A stretch of DNA of 63,971 nt, the filler included, from Stramenopiles sp. TOSAG23-6 (taxonomy: Eukaryota), in the NCBI GenBank assembly GCA_900128565.1. It is 3 parts of 3 records of this genome, joined end to end, with 100 filler letters (N's around TTAATTAATTAA, not from the genome) between each part and the next. Parts side by side here need not be neighbours in the genome. Positions count along the whole stretch, not along the records: positions 45,075 to 63,971 come from LT636058.1; 2 more parts are not named here. One strand, given 5' to 3'. Positions within the stretch are counted from its first letter, which is position 1. Each line of letters starts with the position of its first letter. A program made the translations under genes and the position numbers. Of this stretch, positions 54,501 through 63,971 are shown piece after piece. The notes below the pieces were generated by a model. The model was not told the origin of the DNA and searched no databases. It worked only from the letters and a program-made list of their open reading frames with translations.

Positions 54501-57112
54501 AGAAGTGGATATTAAATCAAAACAACGACGTTCAATATTACGACCCGAGCCTAGAGAAAGTTTTGTATCAATTGCATTCGTTGTAGAGATATCTCGAATA
54601 GAACCAACATTTTTTTTAATTTCGTGTGAAATAAAACGCAATTTTACTAATTCCTCTAAACCAGCAGTGCTACTTTCAAATATTTGTTTTCCAGTTTCTG
54701 ATTTCACATTTGCACTGATATTTCTTATTGATGACATATAATCTGTGATTTGAGACATAATGGCCTCAAACTGATCTTCGGGTAAATCGCTTCCATAGCG
54801 TTCACATAATTTTTGTACAATAGGGAATACAAAGTAGTGAAGAAAGAGTACTAAATTGTCCTTATTTGAAGTAATTTGCTTAACAGTTTTCGCACCCTTT
54901 TTACAGAGCCAAAAGTTTCTCGTTTTTGGTATTTTCATTGTTGTTAGATGTGCAAGTATTAGGTTTGGTTTCATCTCTGCGTAGTTTTTCATGTACATAT
55001 TAAAAAATTTGAGCAATTGAACTAATTCTGAAGATGATGCCAAAGGTTTCGTCTTTGTCTCTGCCTCTATGGTCATGTGATAAAACAAATACAAGAGAGG
55101 CAACTTTACATTCCACGCAACATATTTATCAAGAATAGCATAAAGTAATGATGACCAGTTATACAAACTTTGTACTTTCGCCTCTGCAACATTGAAATCT
55201 CCATCACAACAGTTTGCTAAAAGTCGTATTAAATTTACATGATACAACAATAATGGTTCCTCCATACAATTTGGTTGTTGCATAAGTTTAATACGAACTT
55301 GATACTCGGGAGACTTTTGGTCTGCGTACAGTAATAATGTCTTTTTCATATATCGAGAATGTGTAATGATATTTAACACACGCATCTGATTTTGCCTACT
55401 CGCAAGGTTGATGGTGTGTAATAGTTCGAGATATTCGTATTTTGGTTCATCTAAGTCAGCCAACTTTATAACAACAGCTTCAAGTAAATTATTTGATACT
55501 CTACAGGATAGTTCTTCGTTTCCTTCAAATATTGCACATAAGAGATCATTTGACTTTGGTACAAGTCCTATTCTACCTACAATTTCATCAACAAAACCAA
55601 ACAACTCTTCTTGAACTTCCTTATGCTCCTTTGTTAAACTTATAAGAAAGTTATTAAATGCAGTTAACATTTCAATTACATCTTCCTCTATCCCAGATAA
55701 TGCAAGACTATCAACATTTTTATCTATTAATTCATTACCATCTATATCTGTGATAATATCATCGTCATCATCGTCATCGTCTTCATCACCTGGAACATCA
55801 ACCTTTAGCATCTCATCAATTAAATCATTAATACCCAAATTTAATATGGCAGTCTGCATCTCTGGCATTGGTCTAATCTCATCGTTTGCTGCTGCTTCAT
55901 TTGCTTCAGTCTTGCACAAATCTTCGATCTGTCTGAGCCATTTCGTTAATTTTCTTAATTCATCAGACACATAATCTTTATCTTCAGACTCACCCCAAGC
56001 TTCATACGCTTCTACCGAACATTGAATTTTCTGGGCTAAAGAGCGCGCAGTTTCATATTTTGTTGCTAAATCATCATTCACAATTAGCTGTGTCTTTTCT
56101 ATGGCAGATACTAAATATGAACGTTGACTGTAGTACGATAAAAGTAAACACATGACTTCACCCACAAGCTCGGTATGATTGTACATGAGTAAATCAAGAC
56201 ATATATCAGTGATATCACCATCGTTAGATTCCTTTGATATGTTTGCAGTTTCCGTTGAAAGCATTAGAACATCTAATTCGCAATATTTTTTCTGATCAAA
56301 TAGGCTTCCAAAAATATCATTTATAACTGCTAAACCATTTTGTTTTGTAGCGGGATTTCGTAATACTTCTCTCCCTTCAACTAGGAATTTTCTATACGCT
56401 GCATTAGTCTTATTCAGCACAGCGTCATTATTGTTCAAAGAACCACCACCAACTTTTGATTGAAATAGCTTCATAAAAATTCCTAATCGAAATTCAGTGC
56501 TAACATCAGTTACTAAACGTAGCATACGAACAAGCTCAAGTTTTGCCTCCATGTGAGGTGATGTAATACGTGTCAATTCATAACGGTTATCTTGGGGATC
56601 TTCGTAATCTATGAGAGTCATGCTATTTTTTGCCATTAAAAATAAGGCTCGAGCAAGTTTTGCAGCGCGAATTAAACGTAAAAGCCGAAGCATTCGCAAT
56701 AACCTCAGCGTTCGAACTATGTATTTTGGAAAAATATTTCAAAAAAAACCCCGTTAGGTACAAAATGTAGTACGAAAAAAAATCGAAATTGAAAAAACAT
56801 AAAAAACATACATAGTGTTTGCACTACTTTTACCTCCACCGCTACTGGAAGATGATGAAGAATTACTTCCCCCAGATGCTAGTAAGGCTGCCCAATCTAC
56901 TGCAACAATAATGAAATCAATTACACAGAGCCAATCTAAAAAATATCTATCACTTCCCATTGCCCAACATCTAAATACAAAATCAGCAGTAAAAAGGGCA
57001 ATAAAGAAATTTTCTAAAAATTCCATGAATCCAGACTCCTCATTTGCATCCATCGAAAGTGATATTCCACCTTGTATAACTGATAAAATAGTCATTACAA
57101 TAATAAATATCA
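51507..57112 (-). CDS. IP3-receptor/ryanodine-receptor-family Ca2+ channel with an extra voltage-sensor-like domain; 5'-truncated (exons >57112-56812, 56718-51507)
   Basis: RIH-associated LRLLMEGH..NQDILREQ..VQGPCYENQ; pore GVRAGGGVGD; FGIIIDTFGSLR; CFIC..HIKEQHNMWDY; S1-S4 with RTLRLLRMLRLLRLIR. Confidence 0.9.
56719..56811 (-). other. Non-canonical intron GT...AT (93 nt)
   Basis: AT|GTATGT...GTACCTAAC...AATACAT|AG; in-frame stop inside; the AG 2 nt further would frameshift. Confidence 0.85.
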
Positions 57113-57539
57113 TATATGTAATATTGATCGAAACAAGTTTGAGCGCGAAGGAATTAACTTTACTCAACATATCAAAGAGCAACATAATATGTGGGATTAT
57201 CTAAAATATATGATACACATCAAAACTAAAGATAATAGTGAATATAATGGCGTCGAACAGTTTGTTAGTGAATGCATTACCGAGAATCGTATCGATTGGT
57301 TTCCAGTAAATGGGTCGATGGCGCTTGATACTGAGGAGGGTGATGCTGAACTGATGGCAAATGTGCAACGAATGTCTCAATGTGTAGAGTTGGTGTCAAC
57401 TGAACTAAAAGAAATACGAAATTCGTTAGACATTAATTTGAGAGTGAGTTTAGAGAAAAGCTCTAATACGCTTCAAAATCTCATGGAAGATTGGGATGAA
57501 ATCAAACAAACAGCAGAGGAAATTCGCGAAATACAATAA
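57113..57539 (+). other. Duplicated 3' fragment of the channel gene (inverted arm)
   Basis: Reverse complement of 51507-51933. Confidence 0.9.
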
Positions 57540-57566
57540 TATAAATAAAGATTGATGTTTTTAAAT

Positions 57567-59072
57567 TTATTTTTCAAGTGAACTTTCTTTTGTAGATACT
57601 TTGTAGCCATCATTTTCTAACTTTTTTTTCACTGCAAATAAATCAAAATTCCAGGATCTTTGTATCCATACGGACGCAGATCCAGTGATAAAACTGACGT
57701 CTGCTGAAAGAACACCACTATTGTTTTCAATCACTCCTTTTACATAATTCTGACATGCTTCACAACCCATTCCATCAATATTGAGCTCAATAGTTTCGGA
57801 ACCTACAGCGGATGGTGCCAGAGATGGCCCTCCAAGATAAAGAAGCATTTCTGGTAGAAATGTCAATACAATACAGAGAAGAGTGGCAGCTGTTAGTCGG
57901 CGATGATGACGAACACTATTTTTTGTATTATTTTTTATATTATTTTTTGTATTATTTTTTGTATTATTTTTTGTATCTGAAATAGATACAGGTTTCAGTT
58001 GTTGAAACCATAAATAGCTCATCCAAATAACCGTACAAGTTCTAAGATATGGTCGAAGTGGACCTAAATATTTATTAAATCCAGCACAACCAATTCCATG
58101 AAGAATATGAAATGATGTGAGAATATTCAGCCCAAGTTGAAGTATACAACACGATGAGCCAAGTAAACCACCGACAATTGCACCTAAAAATTCATCACTC
58201 CAACTTGTATTTTTTTTCTTGAAACTATTTTCTTCCTCTGTGGTATATACATCAACTGGATCATTAATTTTGTTTTCAACATTGATATCCGTGTTGGTGC
58301 TAGTAGCACTACTAGAAAGTGAGGCTAATGAAGCTGGAAATCCAGCGGATCCAAATGTGACAGAAAGTTCTTTTGCAATTGAGTTCATCTTTTCAATATC
58401 AAGAATAGAAACCACTGCACTTTGTGTACGTGCACTCACAGTATGCATCCCAATTCGATTATCATTATCCAATATACGTCTAATGGTAGCCTCACAACTT
58501 GCACAACCCAGCGACTCTATTTTGTACGTGGCTGTTGCTATTTTTTCAGCTGTTCCATTTGCTATTTTTTCAGCTGTTCCATTTGCTATTTTTCCGGTTG
58601 TGTTGGTACCTAGATGACGAGTATGCGAACCCTGCTTTGAAAATCTATCGAGCATTTCTGGCATAAATGTAAGCAACATTGATAACGTTGAAGAACATGC
58701 TGTCGGAACCCAAAGCCAAGGTCTTGAATATGCGACTGTCCAGCAGGATACTTGTAATAAGAGTGACGCTGCCAATAGAGTAGGCCGAGCTGGACCTAAA
58801 TAAGTATTAAACCCAACACAACCAAAGTTTAGCGCATTTAAACCGAGTTGAATGATACAACAACTGGATGACAAAATGCTAATAGCAGACCACCAAGCAT
58901 ATCGGTGTGCAGATTTGAGTAATTTTAACTTTGTTGCCTCAAAGAGGTCTTCAGCAGCCTCACGTAAATGAAGGTACACTAGCAAACAAGATGAAAGGAG
59001 AAGAACTAAAGAGACAATGAAGCGTCGAAAAAAACCTTTCTCGGTGATAAGGTGTAGCTGTTTCACTGGCAT
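57567..59072 (-). CDS. Inverted-arm copy of the MerT-like/HMA protein
   Basis: Translation identical to 49974-51479. Confidence 0.75.
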   Translation of the reverse strand: MPVKQLHLITEKGFFRRFIVSLVLLLSSCLLVYLHLREAAEDLFEATKLKLLKSAHRYAWWSAISILSSSCCIIQLGLNALNFGCVGFNTYLGPARPTLLAASLLLQVSCWTVAYSRPWLWVPTACSSTLSMLLTFMPEMLDRFSKQGSHTRHLGTNTTGKIANGTAEKIANGTAEKIATATYKIESLGCASCEATIRRILDNDNRIGMHTVSARTQSAVVSILDIEKMNSIAKELSVTFGSAGFPASLASLSSSATSTNTDINVENKINDPVDVYTTEEENSFKKKNTSWSDEFLGAIVGGLLGSSCCILQLGLNILTSFHILHGIGCAGFNKYLGPLRPYLRTCTVIWMSYLWFQQLKPVSISDTKNNTKNNTKNNIKNNTKNSVRHHRRLTAATLLCIVLTFLPEMLLYLGGPSLAPSAVGSETIELNIDGMGCEACQNYVKGVIENNSGVLSADVSFITGSASVWIQRSWNFDLFAVKKKLENDGYKVSTKESSLEK

Positions 59073-59322
59073 TGAAACGTAATTATAGCCGTCTAAATGT
59101 ATACTCTATTGAAAGTAATATATATATAAAGAAATTGATTGTGTGTGTGTTCCTACTTTTTTTTACTCTTTTTTGTTTGAATGCAAAAAGACACAGGAAC
59201 GTTTTCAATTTTTTGGGTAGCAAATTAGCTTGTGTTCCACCTCGACCTTCGTACTTTACGCAACTTGACTATTAAGAAGAAGGGAATCTCGAATCATTCT
59301 TTACATTCCATTACTTTCAAAG

Positions 59323-60442
59323 ATGATTTCTACACAAGCATGTTTGATTATTTATATTTTTCTATACATGTTGTTGAAGTATACAAATGCAGCATCTAAG
59401 TGTACAAGAAAAGATGGAAAAATGTCATTCTGGACTGGTTCTAATGAAAAGTCGACTGTGAGGTACTTACACAGAGAATATAATAAAATCTTCAAGTATG
59501 GCAATCGAAATGCTGCATCACATCTTTGGGCATCATTTTTGTTAAACAGATCATCTCAGATGTCTCATAAAAAACTATTACAAATGTTTTCTGGGTTTTG
59601 TGCCGTCTCAGGTTCACCTGTATTTCCCAATGACTACAATAGATATTTATTACGTCTTCCTTTAGTTGGTTCGAAAGGTAGTAATCGTCTTGGTTTTATG
59701 CATTATTGCTGTTGGCCATGTGTTTGTGATACACAGGATTTTCTCCATGTTGATACAAAATGTGTGACGACAAAAGATGGACCTCGTGTGTATCACTTTG
59801 TAGTTATGGGAAATGTACGTTATCATGAATTTCAAAATTAATTTTAGTAGGAAATTTTGTACCTAACAATTTTTTTTTGAAATATTTCCCCAAAATTCAT
59901 CCATGTGACAATGAAAAGAAGTTGGACGAGCCTTTCTTTCAGCCATTTGGAGGAGGCAGAACTACTACGCTAAGAAGAGACGCCGCGGAATTACGATGTG
60001 ATTCAAACGGACATTTAATTGGAGCAACATTATCTGACAATGGTTATATATGTTTTATTTTTTTTCAATTTCGATTTTTTTCGTACGAAATGTTGTACCT
60101 AACGATTTTTTTTTGAAATATTTTTCCAAAATACATATTATTTTGAGTATGTTCTTTGATGTACCTTCCAATGAACACAATGCTACTGCTAATATTTCTG
60201 CAGTTGCCAGTACTGCTGGGAAACCAAATCCAGGTCGCGTATCGAATATTCAAGGGGTATACTACCAGGATGAATATGAATATTCTACAATGTGCACCGT
60301 TAGAGCAAACAATGGGTATGACTCTGGCATGGGAGAAATATTCCGTCGAGTTGCGGAAATATCTCCAGTTGACAAAGACTTTCAAGTACCTAAAGATATA
60401 AGTGATGTTGACATTACCGTACCAAGTTATATTGCTACATAG
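59323..60442 (+). CDS. Inverted-arm copy of the secreted hypothetical protein (3 exons)
   Basis: Mirror of 48604-49723. Confidence 0.72.
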
Positions 60443-61063
60443 ATTTTTAATATTTTTTCAAGTCTTTCTATAGTACATTTTATAATGATACTATTGTGTA
60501 TGAAATACAAGTCACATATATTGATACTATTGTATATAAAAGTTCAAGTCTTTTTTTTTATTAAAAATAAAATTATTGTATTTTTAGTGCTGTAAAAAAT
60601 TAGTAAATAATTATCAAATAAAAAAAGTTGGCTTTTCTTGAACAAGTCTTATGATGAAATTAAAATAAGAAGGAAAAGTAAAGTAAGGAGGATATTGAGT
60701 AGATTCCCTGAATGCAAAATTATGTTGGACTCCATTTGAAATATACAGATGTTGACTCTTTCAATACAATAACTATATTGAACAATATTTGAATTTTAGG
60801 TATTTGTCAACACATCAAACAACTGGAAGTATTTGAATCTTATCGCGAGTCAAGTGACTGAATGTCAAACTCTACAAAATATATTCAGTTTGTGACAAGA
60901 TATATTTAGTTTGTGACAAGATATATTTAGTTTGGGACAAGATATATTTAGTTTGTGACAAAATATATTTAGTTTGTGACAAGATATATTTAGTTTGTGA
61001 GAGTATACATCTCAATGTATTGTTTATTATTTCTCAATTTCAAGATGTTAACACCAACGCAAG

Positions 61064-62128
61064 TTATCTAAAAATGTCATAACAAGTAAAATATAACGGG
61101 TAAATTACAAGAACCATGACAGTAACAACCAAGCCAAATATATTTGCATTATTTGATGAGGCAGGACAATATTTAAGTGGAATATCCGTCACAGTCATTA
61201 TCGTAGTAATATCATTTTTGATGTTTTGAACTACGTTTATCTCATCAGTTGAAAGGTTTTGTGTTTTTTTCTGGATTTCATCCAATGAATCATTAAAACC
61301 TGTAAATGCATCATTAGCGTTTTTATTAATTTTAGCTGCACAATCTGTAACTTCTGTTGTTGCAAGTTTTGGTATTAGTTTATTCTTTTCAATCTTTAGG
61401 TCGTTTTTGTTAAAGCCCTTTTCATTTTCACAATTATATTTACACAACAAATCATAGTTGGCATCCGTTAGTTTTGTTTTGTTACCGTCTTTGACCCATT
61501 TCCAATCCCCATCTAAATGATCCTTTGCAAAGCATTTAATGTTCCAGTCCGGGTCATTCTTTGTATAATACTCAACACAATCATACTCACAAGTCTCATC
61601 TATTTTTCCATCGGGACACTTAGGTGTTTCAACGTGATATTTGCTGTCAATAGATGTATCCTTGCAATATTGGGGTTTTTTGTCACAATGTACTTTGAAA
61701 CAGGTTTCTCCTTCTATTATACAGTAGTCGCCGTCCTGCTTATGAGTACAATTGGCTTGTAGTTGGAGCTCGTATCCATTTTCGCATATTTTTATTAGCT
61801 CAAAAATACTACAATTTAAATAATGTTGATGACGGTAGCGCCATTCTTTTATTCGGAAATCACTATGAGAAAATGTTTCTAATAATAAATCTTTAAAATA
61901 TTCAGAATAGTGACACTCAGCAGTACAGGTTTCCAAAATCAAGTTCTCCAAATCCGACATTTTGACCTCACCCAATCGTCTCTCTCGTCTGTCTCTGTCA
62001 CTAAGTCGATTAATATACAATTGAACCAAATAACCCAAATCATTACACTGACACTTGGCAGCAACACCTTCTTCAATTGCAGCAACAAAAACCACTAAAG
62101 TGTTGATAAGCTTTTTCATGTTTACCAT
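61064..62128 (-). CDS. Inverted-arm copy of the Cys-rich surface protein
   Basis: Mirror of 46918-47982. Confidence 0.68.
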   Translation of the reverse strand: MVNMKKLINTLVVFVAAIEEGVAAKCQCNDLGYLVQLYINRLSDRDRRERRLGEVKMSDLENLILETCTAECHYSEYFKDLLLETFSHSDFRIKEWRYRHQHYLNCSIFELIKICENGYELQLQANCTHKQDGDYCIIEGETCFKVHCDKKPQYCKDTSIDSKYHVETPKCPDGKIDETCEYDCVEYYTKNDPDWNIKCFAKDHLDGDWKWVKDGNKTKLTDANYDLLCKYNCENEKGFNKNDLKIEKNKLIPKLATTEVTDCAAKINKNANDAFTGFNDSLDEIQKKTQNLSTDEINVVQNIKNDITTIMTVTDIPLKYCPASSNNANIFGLVVTVMVLVIYPLYFTCYDIFR

Positions 62129-62505
62129 TTGTTTTTAGTGAGCAACAAAGTGATATAATTATAAGTAAATCAAGAGGTGTAGTAGTACCTGTACTGCCTT
62201 TGTAGTATCCAATACAATAGGAAGTATGCCTTCCACCCGGTACGTATTAGTATAATCCGTAATATAATTACCAACAAACCGCAAGAAGATACGTGACGAC
62301 AAAGACGACGACGAAGAACGAAGGAAGGAAGAGGACTTTTTAAAAAACTTGAGAGCGAGTTTAAACTGTTACCGGGTACTCAATTTTATTTTCTTTCGCT
62401 TTTTCAAGAAAGTTTCGCTCGCTCCCAAAAAAAGAATTTAAATTTTTTCATAAAAACAAAACAAACAAACAATCATCGCTATTCTTATTTTACTAAAATA
62501 ATAAT

Positions 62506-63651
62506 ATGCCTGGTCGTTTGTTGTATACATTTGGCACGGATAAAGCAACATCAACATGGCTCACCAACTATATTGTCTCTGCTATTTGTCTTGCAGCACT
62601 TTTACTAAACTTTTGTAAGCCTCCTTCAAAGGGAATCAATAGCTTCCGTCGTTTTTTTTCTCTTCAACCAACGCAAAGTACTTTGTATAACCTGCTTACT
62701 TCTTTTCTTTGTACTTTTGCCCTTAGTTTTCTAGCTGCAGGTCTTTGTCATCATATATATTATCATCGAGAGTGTCCTGGAAAGATAGTTATACGAGGAA
62801 AAATAGTTAATGGTATCCGTTGTCCTGAAGGTGCTCGTGAAAAGTATGACATTGTATGGAAAGTTGCAATGTGTTTTCAAGGAATATCTGTTGGTCAATT
62901 GTGTATTATTGTATTTCTAATGTCTGCTTGTATGAGTCGTCGACTATATTCTTTTATGTTTATCATGGGACAAGTTCTTTCATTGTTTTTTGTTGGGTAT
63001 AGTGTATTGTCGGAGAAAATTTTGCCTAATTTTTTACAGTATGATCTCTTTTATGTTGTAGGTTACCTAGGAGTCTTTTTAAATTTTTCGTTATTTATTA
63101 CGATATTTCTATCTTTCTTTTGTAACTGTTGTCGCCCAGTTGTATCATGGGGAACACCAACAGCAAGAAAGTTGATTTGTTTAGGTGCATTATTATCTTT
63201 TGTTGGTTGTCTTATTCAAGGTTTATTAGCTCCGACATGTGGTTCTCTTTTAGCAGAAACAAATGTACGTTTTTTATTTTAATTTTTTTTACCTAGATGT
63301 TTTTTTCATAGAAAATTTTGTACCAAACGATTATTTTTCGAAAATATTTTTTCACTGCACATGGTTGTATTTTGCCGTTTGATGGTGTTGAAGGAATCAA
63401 TCATAATGGGGTATATCATATGTTTGAAATACTTTCAAAGTTATGCTTTTGTCTTGCAACTAGATGTACGTTTTTATTTTTTTTTTGCCTATTTTTTTTT
63501 CGTACGAAATTTTGTACCTAATGACAAAAATCTTGTAATATTTTTTTACAATACATGTGCATTATCAAAGAATGCTTTTAAATTATCTGATAATCGTTCT
63601 GACATGCAAGAAGCAACTCCGACGCGGGTTGGAAAAGCAACATTTTATTAA
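62506..63651 (+). CDS. Inverted-arm copy of the multi-pass membrane protein (3 exons)
   Basis: Mirror of 45395-46540. Confidence 0.72.
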
Positions 63652-63971
63652 AGAGTATATTGAAAAAGCAACATTTTATTAAAAAGTATAAAAAAAATAT
63701 TGGAAATTCAAATTCGTATATTTTTAAAATATTTTCTACTTTTACTTTATTATTTTCAATTACTCATAAGTATATCTATATATATAAGTATAAATATATG
63801 CTACATTATATCTTGTTAAATTGTACTTTCATTTCTTAGGTTTAGGGTTTGAAGTGTTTCGTTTTCGCTACATTATATCTTGTTAAATTGTACTTATATG
63901 AAATTATCTTTATTACATTTATATGAAATTATCTTTATTACATTTATATGAAATTATCTTTATTACATTTA

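Larger units (their letters stand above)
45075..63971. repeat. 6859-bp inverted duplication: 45075-51933 mirrored at 57113-63971 (position sum 109046), spacer 51934-57112
   Basis: ORFs mirror exactly; the junction truncates the channel gene at ~57112. Confidence 0.95.

Noticed and set aside
3420-56813. Classical U12 (minor spliceosome) AT-AC introns
   Set aside because: The shifted donor would be ATGTAYGT, not RTATCCTT; the branch-to-end distance is too long; 6/25 would not start AT and 5/25 would not end AC. Kept only as a testable alternative.

Overview
AT-rich eukaryotic (protist, probably stramenopile-like; inference) draft assembly. It has three pieces joined by artificial 100-nt N/TTAATTAATTAA linkers (22445-22544, 44975-45074) and two fold-back inversions typical of amplified single-cell DNA (1-55 = reverse complement of 3996-4050; 45075-51933 = reverse complement of 57113-63971). 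About 28 distinct protein genes are visible, including Rab11-like GTPase, DEAD-box helicase, Tubby, primase large subunit, PAM16, CBP3/UQCC1, TRAP1, an SPX-PHO4 fusion, an FG-nucleoporin and an IP3R/RyR-type channel. Main result: all 25 distinct introns I could reconstruct (86-131 nt) belong to one sequence family and none ends in AG. Consensus: exon-AT | GTAYGTTTT ... TTTCRTACGAAA-TTTTGTACCTAAC ... AAATATTT ... AATACAT | G-exon. Removing them as GT...AT introns restores conserved protein motifs, whereas nearby AGs usually give frameshifts. This points to a GT-AT (YAT acceptor) splicing system spread as an introner-like family. Secondary findings: a voltage-sensor domain embedded in the IP3R/RyR-like channel, and short telomeric inserts sitting between direct duplications.
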